A stretch of 64,000 bases of DNA from a virus: positions 133,542 to 197,541 of IMG/VR virus record IMGVR_UViG_3300009161_000023. One strand, written 5' to 3'. The notes beneath the pieces were generated by a model. That model worked only from the letters and a program-made list of their open reading frames with translations. It ran no database searches and was not told where the DNA came from. Position numbers and translations under genes: made by a program. Shown here piece by piece: positions 49,396 to 58,239 of this stretch. Within the stretch, counting starts at the first letter, position 1. The number at the start of each line of letters is the position of its first letter.

Positions 49396-50934
49396 ATGAA
49401 TTTTAAAAATTGGTTAATATCTGAAGAACAACTTTTTAATGAGGACTTCAAAACTCAAAGAGAAAAATTCATCCAACAAGGCATAGGAAAAGACATCGTT
49501 GACGGTTACCTCAAGGATTTTAAAACCATCAAAGAAAAAAAATATAAACAAATCAATGATCCAATACACGGATTAGAACATATCAAAGACAGAATCAATA
49601 TAGACGCTTATAAAACATTCCATGAACTAGCATCGCTAGTAGATTATGTCAAAGGACAAACTGATGTTTCTGGTAAAACCAATTATAAAAATATCGAAGT
49701 AGATGCAACACCAATTCATGAAGATAACGACTTGATAATTTATTACGCAGATACTCCTCAAGCATGCGTTACTTACAAAGGTGATGTTCCATATTCTTGG
49801 TGCATTGCCCGACCCGATGCAAGTAATTTATTTTATTTTTATAGATTAGGTAAACTAGAACCATCATTCTATTTTGTAAAAAACAAGGAAAGAACTAACA
49901 AAGAACTTGAAACATTTAAAGGAAAAACATTCACTGATAAATATCACTTCTTTGTAATTCAAGTAATAAAAAATGCTAACCCTGAAGATGAAGATAATCA
50001 ACAATATATTGTAACTTCCGCAGAAAATGATGGTGATGAAAAAATGTCATGGACTGATATATTAAAATTAGAACCAAAATTAATTAATAAACAAAACATA
50101 TTTGCTAGTAAACTTTTAGCACCTAAAGAAAAAGAATTATACAAAAGATTTAGCAATGGTATTTCTGATAAAGAATTTGAAAATTTACCTTTTGATGAAA
50201 AAGATATGTATTTGAGTGTTTATGTTAGAGAAAACCGACCACTTACCGACAACCAATTTAAATTTTTACCATCTGATTTAAAAAATAAGTATATTGGATT
50301 TGGAACAGGATTAAGTTATGAACAATTTAAAATGATTGATTCTGATTCTAAATTATATAAAAGATATGAAGATGTTACAAGAATTAAAATAAAAAAAACA
50401 ATTGGAACTGATAAATTTAATCTTATGCCAACTGAAATTATTGTTATGAAAAAAATAGCAAGTGAAATTGATTTTGATAAACTTTCTGGATTTAGCCTTG
50501 CCCCGTTATTAGGCAGAGAAAGTAAAAACCAAAAAGACGAAATGGCAGAATTGATTATAAAATATAAATCAGAACTTTCTAATAAGGAAATTGATGATTT
50601 GATTCGTTATGCAAAATACAAAGACAAAATAACAGAACTATTAAAAGATAAAATAAAAGATAAAATAAACAACTTTTCTAATAATGATGTTGCTAATTTG
50701 CTTCTTAGAGCAGACTACAACTACAGATTTTATATAGTAAAACTATTGGGAACAGCTAATATAAGTAAGCTTGATGGTCTTAATTTATATAGTATATTTT
50801 TAAATTCTAATAAAGATGATGATGATCTAATTCAAATTGCAATTATCATAGACAGATATCACACAAATAAAAACCTTGTAAAAAGATTTACAAGCAAATT
50901 CGAACATTTTCTCGACAAAAAACCTCCTGAATAA
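49396..50934 (+). CDS. Hypothetical protein with CTS-like leader and C-terminal helical repeats (paralog of 56047)
   Basis: MNFKNWLISEEQLFNE; YYADTPQACVTYKG..PYSWC.AR.DASN shared with 56047. Confidence 0.8.
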   Translation: MNFKNWLISEEQLFNEDFKTQREKFIQQGIGKDIVDGYLKDFKTIKEKKYKQINDPIHGLEHIKDRINIDAYKTFHELASLVDYVKGQTDVSGKTNYKNIEVDATPIHEDNDLIIYYADTPQACVTYKGDVPYSWCIARPDASNLFYFYRLGKLEPSFYFVKNKERTNKELETFKGKTFTDKYHFFVIQVIKNANPEDEDNQQYIVTSAENDGDEKMSWTDILKLEPKLINKQNIFASKLLAPKEKELYKRFSNGISDKEFENLPFDEKDMYLSVYVRENRPLTDNQFKFLPSDLKNKYIGFGTGLSYEQFKMIDSDSKLYKRYEDVTRIKIKKTIGTDKFNLMPTEIIVMKKIASEIDFDKLSGFSLAPLLGRESKNQKDEMAELIIKYKSELSNKEIDDLIRYAKYKDKITELLKDKIKDKINNFSNNDVANLLLRADYNYRFYIVKLLGTANISKLDGLNLYSIFLNSNKDDDDLIQIAIIIDRYHTNKNLVKRFTSKFEHFLDKKPPE

Positions 50935-50974
50935 AAAACGGAACTAATTCGTACTACCATTGCATAAATACACT
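50934..50974 (+). promoter_or_regulatory. Copy of the 41-bp intergenic element/late-promoter-like box
   Basis: aaaaacggaactaattcgtactaccattgcataaatacact-ATG. Confidence 0.7.
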
Positions 50975-51961
50975 ATGAATTTTAAAAATTGGCTAATAAA
51001 AGAAGGTGCAATTCAAGTACCATTTAAAGTTTTTGAACCAATTGTTACTGATTATTTCAATTACTTGAAAAATAATATTGAAAAACCACAAAGAAAAACC
51101 AAAACATATAGCTTGGATTTCTCAAATACAAAATATGAATTTTTAAAACATCTTAACCCAAAATTAAAAGTAAATTATAAAGGCTTTAAAGATAATACCG
51201 TTGGACATTATTTTGGAGAAAAAGCAGATGTTGCAATACACGATGACCAAACATATGAAGTAACAGGAGTTATAGAACTAAAATATGATTTGTTTAAAAA
51301 TTTTTATTATTCTGCAATTGTTAATCCTGCAATTTATGGACTTGTAGAACATGAATTTACTCATTTCTTACAACATTTACTTGATATTAATGAATACCTT
51401 AAAAACAATGAAAGCATACCAGATGACATGGATCTTATTCCAATTAAAGCACATGGTGGCAGTGTGCCAAAAAGATTAACAAAATATCTGATGAAAAAAC
51501 AAGATGTTGATTTTTATGGTTATAATTTAAAAACAAACAAACCGATAGATCACGAAAAAAGACCAATAGAATTTCAAACTAATCTTATTTCTGTTTTAGA
51601 CAAAATACAATCAAGCTTTGTAAATGCATTTTTAAGTGGAAATTTAAACCCAAGTTATTTTTCTTATCCTTATGACATTGTAAAAACTATCAAAACTAAA
51701 GAAGATTTTGAAAAAAATAAAAATTTAATAATTGGATTTTTAAACAACCCAATAGAAAAAAAGAAATTCATTCTTTCATCTAAAAAAGGACAGTTTAGAA
51801 TTGATAGCGATGACTTAACAAATGTTAAAAAATATAACACAGAATTGTATAATTGGTACTTAAATGAAATTTATAAAAACTTTGTAACAAAAGATATCGA
51901 AGAAAATAAACTAAATTACTTAGCGGATGTGTATTTCTTTTCCAAAAAATCTTATAAATAA
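50975..51961 (+). CDS. HExxH metallopeptidase-like protein (short paralog of 47115) with CTS-like leader
   Basis: MNFKNWLIKE; VEHEFTHFLQ...DHEKRPIEFQTNLISV. Confidence 0.75.
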   Translation: MNFKNWLIKEGAIQVPFKVFEPIVTDYFNYLKNNIEKPQRKTKTYSLDFSNTKYEFLKHLNPKLKVNYKGFKDNTVGHYFGEKADVAIHDDQTYEVTGVIELKYDLFKNFYYSAIVNPAIYGLVEHEFTHFLQHLLDINEYLKNNESIPDDMDLIPIKAHGGSVPKRLTKYLMKKQDVDFYGYNLKTNKPIDHEKRPIEFQTNLISVLDKIQSSFVNAFLSGNLNPSYFSYPYDIVKTIKTKEDFEKNKNLIIGFLNNPIEKKKFILSSKKGQFRIDSDDLTNVKKYNTELYNWYLNEIYKNFVTKDIEENKLNYLADVYFFSKKSYK

Positions 51962-52027
51962 AAAACGGAACTAATTCGCACTACTATTGCATAAATACAA
52001 AGAAAGCGGAACTAATTCGCACTACTA
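51961..52027 (+). promoter_or_regulatory. One full plus one partial copy of the 41-bp intergenic element
   Basis: aaaaacggaactaattcgcactactattgcataaataca, then cggaactaattcgcactacta at 52007. Confidence 0.7.
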
Positions 52028-52044
52028 CCAAAAAATAGGAAATT

Positions 52045-52758
52045 ATGAATTTTAAAATATGGTTGGAAAATTATAAAGATATTAATAATAAAGAAGAATA
52101 TGAAAAAATAAACAAACTCAACATGACAGCTAGTTTACCATTTGAACCTAAAAGTATTCCACAAGCGATAAGCGATATTGGCAAACTAACTAGAGGATTT
52201 CATTTAAATACCATCGTTGGTCGTATGATGACTCCATGGATTAATTCACTAAACAGAGCACCTATAGATTATGAATTATTAGAAACCGACCCAGAAAAAG
52301 CAACAAAATGGTCAGTTAGTAGCACCGATAGAAAAGCAAATAATAATTATAAAGCTGCATATGACTTGTTTAAACAGGAAATAGCCAACGCAGTAGATGC
52401 TTTACCAGTTAAACTTGGAATTAATATTATGACAGGCAAACCAGAAGATGTTCTTTTGAAAACTAAAGAATTTTTATCAAATTATACTCCCGAAGAAAAA
52501 GACCTTGTAAAATCACTCGACAACGCTTGGAATTTATATACAAAAGTATTTGGAAACGATAAAAAAAGTAATTTTTCTCAAATTCAAAACTTTGCAAACT
52601 TCTTTCAACTCGTCAAAGAAGAATTTATGAAAATTGGCGAACTACTCAATAACATGCAAGATGACGATGGATTAAATGTAATACAAAATGATTTTTTAAA
52701 AGCTCTTAATAAAGAACAAAGAAAATATGAAAAAATGATGGGCGTTTCATTTGAATAA
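52045..52758 (+). CDS. Hypothetical helical protein with CTS-like leader
   Basis: MNFKIWLEN; SD tagga. Confidence 0.75.
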   Translation: MNFKIWLENYKDINNKEEYEKINKLNMTASLPFEPKSIPQAISDIGKLTRGFHLNTIVGRMMTPWINSLNRAPIDYELLETDPEKATKWSVSSTDRKANNNYKAAYDLFKQEIANAVDALPVKLGINIMTGKPEDVLLKTKEFLSNYTPEEKDLVKSLDNAWNLYTKVFGNDKKSNFSQIQNFANFFQLVKEEFMKIGELLNNMQDDDGLNVIQNDFLKALNKEQRKYEKMMGVSFE

Positions 52759-52767
52759 TAGATTTTA

Positions 52768-52808
52768 AAAAACGGAACTAATTCGCCCTACCATTGCATA
52801 AATACACT
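52768..52808 (+). promoter_or_regulatory. Copy of the 41-bp intergenic element/late-promoter-like box
   Basis: aaaaacggaactaattcgccctaccattgcataaatacact-ATG (39/41 identical to the 50934 copy). Confidence 0.7.
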
Positions 52809-52958
52809 ATGGATACTTTTGAAAATACATCTCCTCCAGAAGAACAAATTCAAAAAGTTTTAGCCAAATGCTGGAACTGCGAAAATTATGTTTATTGCAC
52901 TGGAACAATTCTTAATTATTGCGATATGTGCCTAAATGAAATGACAAAGACACAATGA
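52809..52958 (+). CDS. 49-aa Cys-rich (CxxC...CxxC) mini-protein not in ORF track
   Basis: MDTFENTSPPEEQIQKVLAKCWNCENYVYCTGTILNYCDMCLNEMTKTQ*; behind the promoter element, ATGA-coupled to 52955. Confidence 0.65.
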   Translation: MDTFENTSPPEEQIQKVLAKCWNCENYVYCTGTILNYCDMCLNEMTKTQ

Positions 52959-53422
52959 ACTTTAAAAATTGGCTATTAAACGAAGCAAGACAAGGTTTTC
53001 TACGATACCTTAAAGAAAAATTACCGCTTGTTCCTGAATATGTCTTGTTTGATTTATTTTATAAAAATATAAAAAATTCTAAACCTGAAGAAATAGAAGA
53101 ACTTATACAAATTTATAAAGATTTTAAATGGGAATTTAAAACAAATTTTCACATAAGCTACGAAATATTTGATGATACAACTATTCAAAAACTTAAAATT
53201 AGAAAAGGTGGAACAGTAAATCCATACGGTGTTCCTAACGATAAACAAAGACATGATAAACAAAAAGAACTAATTACAAAAGCAATTCCTAAAGAACCAA
53301 TCATATTAATTAAAAATGGTAATAAATATGAATTGCTGGAAGGATGGCATAGAACCATTCAATTATTTGAAAAATATCCAAAGGGATTTGTTTACCCACA
53401 AGTTTATATAGGTATACCATGA
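52955..53422 (+). CDS. ParB/Sulfiredoxin-like domain protein with CTS-like leader
   Basis: MNFKNWLLNE; EPIILIKNGNKYELLEGWHRT. Confidence 0.6.
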   Translation: MNFKNWLLNEARQGFLRYLKEKLPLVPEYVLFDLFYKNIKNSKPEEIEELIQIYKDFKWEFKTNFHISYEIFDDTTIQKLKIRKGGTVNPYGVPNDKQRHDKQKELITKAIPKEPIILIKNGNKYELLEGWHRTIQLFEKYPKGFVYPQVYIGIP

Positions 53423-53961
53423 ACTTTAAAAACTGGCTACTACTCTCTGAAGAACAAATTTTAAATGAAAGATTTAGAGAAATAGCTGCTGGTAATGAAA
53501 ATTTCAAATTTTTATTTGATCAGGAACATAAATTTTTAGCCTATGATCGTAGAACAAACTTAAATGTAGGTTGGCTCATAGTAGGTTATAAAAATGAAGA
53601 TGGATCAAGATCTGTTCACAATGTAGCTGTAGATCCAGTCTTTAGAAGACAAGGAATAGCCACATCTCTATATAAAGCAGCAGAACAAGAATTCGGCAAA
53701 CTTACACCCAGCACCGCCCAATCAGATAACGCATTTGACTTCTGGAAAACTTATCGACCAGAAGCTGTTAAAAACAAAACAGACCTAAGACCATTTAAAG
53801 ATCAGTTAATAGGCAAGAAATTCGACCATCCAAGATTAGGACCAATGGAAATAATAGAAGTAAATATACATACAGCTACAGGACTTATTAAAAATAGAGA
53901 ACGGCATACCGAAATTTTTCTAAATAAAAATGACTTAATAAAGTTTAATCTATTACCATAA
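53419..53961 (+). CDS. GNAT acetyltransferase with CTS-like leader
   Basis: MNFKNWLLLSEEQILNE; VHNVAVDPVFRRQGIATSLY...QSDNAFDFW. Confidence 0.85.
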   Translation: MNFKNWLLLSEEQILNERFREIAAGNENFKFLFDQEHKFLAYDRRTNLNVGWLIVGYKNEDGSRSVHNVAVDPVFRRQGIATSLYKAAEQEFGKLTPSTAQSDNAFDFWKTYRPEAVKNKTDLRPFKDQLIGKKFDHPRLGPMEIIEVNIHTATGLIKNRERHTEIFLNKNDLIKFNLLP

Positions 53962-53968
53962 ATACACT

Positions 53969-54919
53969 ATGAACTTTAAAAACTGGCTATTACTAAATGA
54001 GGTTTCTGATTTTGAAAAAAATCAGATGGGAACAAAAAAACTAACTTATAATTATGTTTCCCAAAAAGAATGGCCAAAATTGCGTGAATACTTGGTTCAA
54101 CAATCTTTGACACGAAATCCTAATTTAGACACAGAGTTAACAGCTTATACACCAGGCGAAACCTTGGAACTGCTTGATCATCCTAAAATTAAAGCATGGT
54201 TTAAAAAAATGAAAAATTTTAAAATACCAGATAAATATGGTCTTGTTATACTAGTAGCTTGTGCAGCTTCTAAACCTTGGGGTCAAGGTTGTAAAGGTGA
54301 ATTTTATCCATCTTACAACAAAATTAGAACAGAAGAAGAACTTAAAACAAGAAAAAATTCTAAACCTAGTTACTTCGTTACTATATCAGAACCTCTTGGA
54401 GTTGTTCCTCAAGATTTCTGGGATAACTTCCCACAATATGATAATCCAGGTCTATTTAAGGACAACACACAACAAAGTATGACAACTAAAGATTGGATAC
54501 AAAAATCACCTTTTAACCAAAAAAGAGAAATGCCTTTTGACGATGAAGCATTTAATAAATGTATTGAAATATTAGGTAATGTTATTGGTACCTTTATCAA
54601 AAATAACCCAAATCATGAATATATATCTATTGTTGAACAAGCAGATAAAACAAAGATTTCAACACATAGCAAAATGTTAGATATTGCACAGGCTTATGCT
54701 AAAAAATCAATATTAAGAAATGAAAAAAAACCAAGTAAAGGTAGAGATAAATATGACGGTGTTGCTCATGTTAAAAAAATAATTCAACAAAGTCCAACAA
54801 AGTATACTAAAGAAGATGAAGAATATCTAAGAAAAAATTTAACAGGCAATGTATCATTAGATAAAGATGTCATAAAAAATTTAAAAGAAATACAAAAAGA
54901 TAGAAATTTTAAACTATGA
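53969..54919 (+). CDS. ArcS/TgtA2-related DUF5591-like domain protein with CTS-like leader
   Basis: VILVACAASKPW...FVTISEPLGVVPQDFW..FPQYD. Confidence 0.55.
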   Translation: MNFKNWLLLNEVSDFEKNQMGTKKLTYNYVSQKEWPKLREYLVQQSLTRNPNLDTELTAYTPGETLELLDHPKIKAWFKKMKNFKIPDKYGLVILVACAASKPWGQGCKGEFYPSYNKIRTEEELKTRKNSKPSYFVTISEPLGVVPQDFWDNFPQYDNPGLFKDNTQQSMTTKDWIQKSPFNQKREMPFDDEAFNKCIEILGNVIGTFIKNNPNHEYISIVEQADKTKISTHSKMLDIAQAYAKKSILRNEKKPSKGRDKYDGVAHVKKIIQQSPTKYTKEDEEYLRKNLTGNVSLDKDVIKNLKEIQKDRNFKL

Positions 54920-55503
54920 ACTTTAAAAACTGGCTACTATTAACTGAAAACATAATCGTAAAAAAAGATGATATTATGTTTGTGAATTTTGTGGAAGATC
55001 AACAATTAAGACTTGAATTAGAAAATCAAGATTATGATGTTTATGTCCGTGGAAGTTTTTCAGACGGGCCATTACTTGAAATAGACAAAGTAGGTTCAAT
55101 TAGATTGTTAATGGCTGGTCCGATTAGCAGACCAACATATTATACTGTACATTCAATTAATGGAAAATCAAAAGGTGCAGGAACAATATTGTACTTTGCT
55201 GCACTTGAATTCGTGGTTAAATATGGAATTAGATCTGCAAATGGATTGCTTGCATCAGATACAACAATATCATCAGATGCAGTTAGAGCAAGAAAAAGAC
55301 TTCAAGATAATTATGGCGAATATATCTCTATACATGAACATCCAGATATAAAAAATGCCAAAACTCACAACTGGACTGATGAAAGATTAAAAGCTACTCC
55401 AGAGGAAGCGTCAATGTGGAAATTAAAAACTCTTGCACATCCATTTAATTTTAATTTTATATCTGCAAATCCACAAATAAAAACACCAAAATTCAATCCC
55501 TAA
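54916..55503 (+). CDS. GNAT-like protein with CTS-like leader
   Basis: SKGAGTILYFAALEF...LASDTTISSDA. Confidence 0.55.
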   Translation: MNFKNWLLLTENIIVKKDDIMFVNFVEDQQLRLELENQDYDVYVRGSFSDGPLLEIDKVGSIRLLMAGPISRPTYYTVHSINGKSKGAGTILYFAALEFVVKYGIRSANGLLASDTTISSDAVRARKRLQDNYGEYISIHEHPDIKNAKTHNWTDERLKATPEEASMWKLKTLAHPFNFNFISANPQIKTPKFNP

Positions 55504-55518
55504 TCAATAAATACCTTT

Positions 55519-56043
55519 ATGAACTTTAAACTATGGCTGTTATCTGAAATGCCCGTTATTTCTCTGCAAGGTAAAACCGTACTCGCAGATGATAAACCTC
55601 TCAAAGAAGTCGATGTTGATAATGTCAAAAACAATATCGTCAGTTTCCAACAAGCAACTAAGAGTATTTTTCATGAAGCAGGAGCAATTTGGGTCTATTT
55701 TCTTGACTCAGAAGAATCTGCTAAAAAAATGATAGCACAACAGATACCTTTCCTAACGGTTCCCACAATTGCTGATGGCGATGATCCAATAACTGAGGTG
55801 TGGAAAAAACGATATGCCAAAAAAGGAACCGAACACATTTTGGGACTATTAGAAGGCAATGCCAATGAAAAAGACATTTATATAAACATGATGACTGTTA
55901 GACCTAAATATAAAAGAAACACCATCAATACAAAAATGATACAATTTTTGCAATCAGAATTTCCAAATGCAAAAATATCTTTTAGTTCACCTACACCAGA
56001 AGGCAAAAAATTTATAAATAAATACACAAAAATTGATAAATAA
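55519..56043 (+). CDS. GNAT-like protein with CTS-like leader
   Basis: MNFKLWLLSE; IYINMMTVRPKYKRNTINTKMI...FSSPTPEGKKF. Confidence 0.6.
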   Translation: MNFKLWLLSEMPVISLQGKTVLADDKPLKEVDVDNVKNNIVSFQQATKSIFHEAGAIWVYFLDSEESAKKMIAQQIPFLTVPTIADGDDPITEVWKKRYAKKGTEHILGLLEGNANEKDIYINMMTVRPKYKRNTINTKMIQFLQSEFPNAKISFSSPTPEGKKFINKYTKIDK

Positions 56044-56046
56044 ATC

Positions 56047-57843
56047 ATGAACTTTAAAAACTGGCTACTACTCTCTGAAGAACAACTTTTTAATGAAGAT
56101 TTTAAAACTCAAAGAGAAAAATTCATCCAACAAGGCATAGAACCAGATGCCGTTGACTATTACCTCAATACCTTTAAAACTATTAAAGATAAAAAATACA
56201 AACAAATTAATGACCCAATACAAGGTCTTGAACATATCAAAGATAAAACCAATATAGATGCTTTTAAAATATGGAAAGAACTAGAAGACTTCGTTGATTA
56301 TGTTAAAAGCCAAGTAGATGTTTCTGGTAAAACTAGTTACAAGAATATCAAAGTAGACGCAAAACCAATCTATGAAGATAACGACCTGATAATTTATTAC
56401 GCAGATACTCCTCAAGCATGTGTTACTTACAAAGGCAATGTTCCATATTCTTGGTGTGTTGCCAGAACCGATGCAAGTAATATGTTTTACCACTATAGAT
56501 TTGGAACACATAAACCATCATTCTATTTTGTAAAAAATAAGGAACGAACCAATACAGAACTTGAAACATTTAAAGGAGGAACATTTACTGATAAATATCA
56601 CTTCTTCGTAATCCAAGTAATAAAATATGCTAAACCTGAAAATAAAGATGATCAACAATACATTGTAACTTCTGCACAAAATATTGGTGATCAACAAATG
56701 TCATGGAATGATATATTAAAACTAGAACCTAAATTAACTAATAAAGAAAATATATTTATCAGCAAGCCTCTTGGAATTAAAGAAGAAGAACTATACGAAA
56801 AATTCAAAAATGGTATTTCTGATAAAGAATTTGAAAACTTACCTTTTGATGAAAAAGATATGTACTTGAATATTTATGTAAGACAAGACCGACCACTAAC
56901 CGACAACCAATTTAAATTTTTACCAACTGATTTAAAAAATAAGTATATTGGCTTTGGAGTTGGTTTGTCTGATGAACAAGTTGAAATGATTGATTCTAAA
57001 TTATACAAAAGATATGAAGATGTCACAAAAACTAAAATAGAAAAAACTATTGGAACTGAAGAATTTAAACTTACACCAAGCGAAGTTAATATATTATTAA
57101 AATATATAAATGAATTTGATTTCAACAAACTTTCTTATGATAATGTTGAGTATTTGCTTAAATACGCAACTGATGACAACATGGCAAAATTAATTATACA
57201 AAAGAAACAAAACCTTTATACTTTTGATGTTTTTAATTTGCTTGATTATGCAACCAATAAAGAAGAAATAGCAGAACTATTACAAAAAGATAACATTAGT
57301 GAACTTAGACACAATGATATTGTTACATTGCTTAATAATGCAACCGATAAAGACAAAATGGCAGAACTACTTATAAAATATAAAACAAATTTTCGTGATA
57401 ATATTTATTATTTGCTTTTTTTTGCAACCGATGATAACAAAGACAAAATAGCAGAACTAATTATCGAAAAAGAAAAAGAACTTTCTAGCTTGCATCTTCT
57501 TCCTGATATTGGTATCGAAGCGTTACTTTATTATTCAAATGACACAGAAAAAATAGCAAACTTGCTAGGAACAGATAACATAAATAGAATTGAAAATAGA
57601 AATATTTTCAAGTTGATTACAAAATTAGAAGGCAGACCTTTAAAACTAGAAATAATTGCTAAAATATTAGGAGAAACAAATATAAGTAAACTTACTTATG
57701 ATTCTATTAAGTTAATGCTTAGCAAATCACATCCTAAAAAAGAAAATACCGCAAAAATACTAAATCAATATTATGCAAATAAAACACCACAAATAAAAAG
57801 ATTAATTAATAAACATTTAAAAACAAAAACCCTTCCTGAATAA
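56047..57843 (+). CDS. Hypothetical protein with CTS-like leader and C-terminal helical repeats (paralog of 49396)
   Basis: MNFKNWLLLSEEQLFNEDFKTQREKFIQQGI; repeats of the type DK(M/I)AEL(L/I)I. Confidence 0.8.
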   Translation: MNFKNWLLLSEEQLFNEDFKTQREKFIQQGIEPDAVDYYLNTFKTIKDKKYKQINDPIQGLEHIKDKTNIDAFKIWKELEDFVDYVKSQVDVSGKTSYKNIKVDAKPIYEDNDLIIYYADTPQACVTYKGNVPYSWCVARTDASNMFYHYRFGTHKPSFYFVKNKERTNTELETFKGGTFTDKYHFFVIQVIKYAKPENKDDQQYIVTSAQNIGDQQMSWNDILKLEPKLTNKENIFISKPLGIKEEELYEKFKNGISDKEFENLPFDEKDMYLNIYVRQDRPLTDNQFKFLPTDLKNKYIGFGVGLSDEQVEMIDSKLYKRYEDVTKTKIEKTIGTEEFKLTPSEVNILLKYINEFDFNKLSYDNVEYLLKYATDDNMAKLIIQKKQNLYTFDVFNLLDYATNKEEIAELLQKDNISELRHNDIVTLLNNATDKDKMAELLIKYKTNFRDNIYYLLFFATDDNKDKIAELIIEKEKELSSLHLLPDIGIEALLYYSNDTEKIANLLGTDNINRIENRNIFKLITKLEGRPLKLEIIAKILGETNISKLTYDSIKLMLSKSHPKKENTAKILNQYYANKTPQIKRLINKHLKTKTLPE

Positions 57844-57890
57844 AAAAAATTATTACCGCCCTTTTTTTTACCAAACCTCTTTTTATAAAC

Positions 57891-57926
57891 ACTAAGTTTT
57901 TGTACACTAGTGTACATTTACTTAGT
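57891..57926. other. 36-bp imperfect palindrome
   Basis: actaagt-ttt-tgtacactagtgtaca-ttt-acttagt; perfect 16-bp core at 57901-57916. Confidence 0.85.
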
Positions 57927-58138
57927 ATCCAATTTTGCAACAACACAGTATACGCCAAAAATATACCTCGTCAAACAAACAAAGGGAGTGATAATGGTGT
58001 AGAGCATATAAGGAGTACCCAACTCTCTAATGTTTTTTATTTTTAATTTATTAATTTTTAATTTTGCAACAAAGTTATTTTTAAAATATTAATATATTAA
58101 TACCATCTTTGTATTTGATAGTACCAAGTCTAAGGTTG

Positions 58139-58236
58139 CCTAGCCTAGCCTAGCCTGACCTGACCTGACCTGACCTGACCTGACCTGACCTGACCTAGCC
58201 TAGCCTAGTCTGGCCTGACCTAGTCTGGCCTGACCT
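58139..58236. repeat. Pentamer tandem repeat (CCTAG/CCTGA)n
   Basis: cctagcctagcctagcctgacctgacctgacc...; non-triplet unit, no ORF. Confidence 0.95.
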
Positions 58237-58239
58237 TAC

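Noticed and set aside
47100-50974. Track starts MHKY(I/T)M at 47100, 49381, 50960
   Set aside because: These TTG starts lie inside the promoter element (ttgcataaata); the leader-defined ATG 15 nt downstream is the better start.
47075-52808. Integron attC cassettes
   Set aside because: No RYYYAAC/GTTRRRY ends, no long imperfect palindrome and no integrase; only the functional analogy is kept.
57930-58030. tRNA or ncRNA in the intergenic region after the array
   Set aside because: No cloverleaf, T-loop (GTTCRA) or CCA end recognisable; none found elsewhere in the window by eye.
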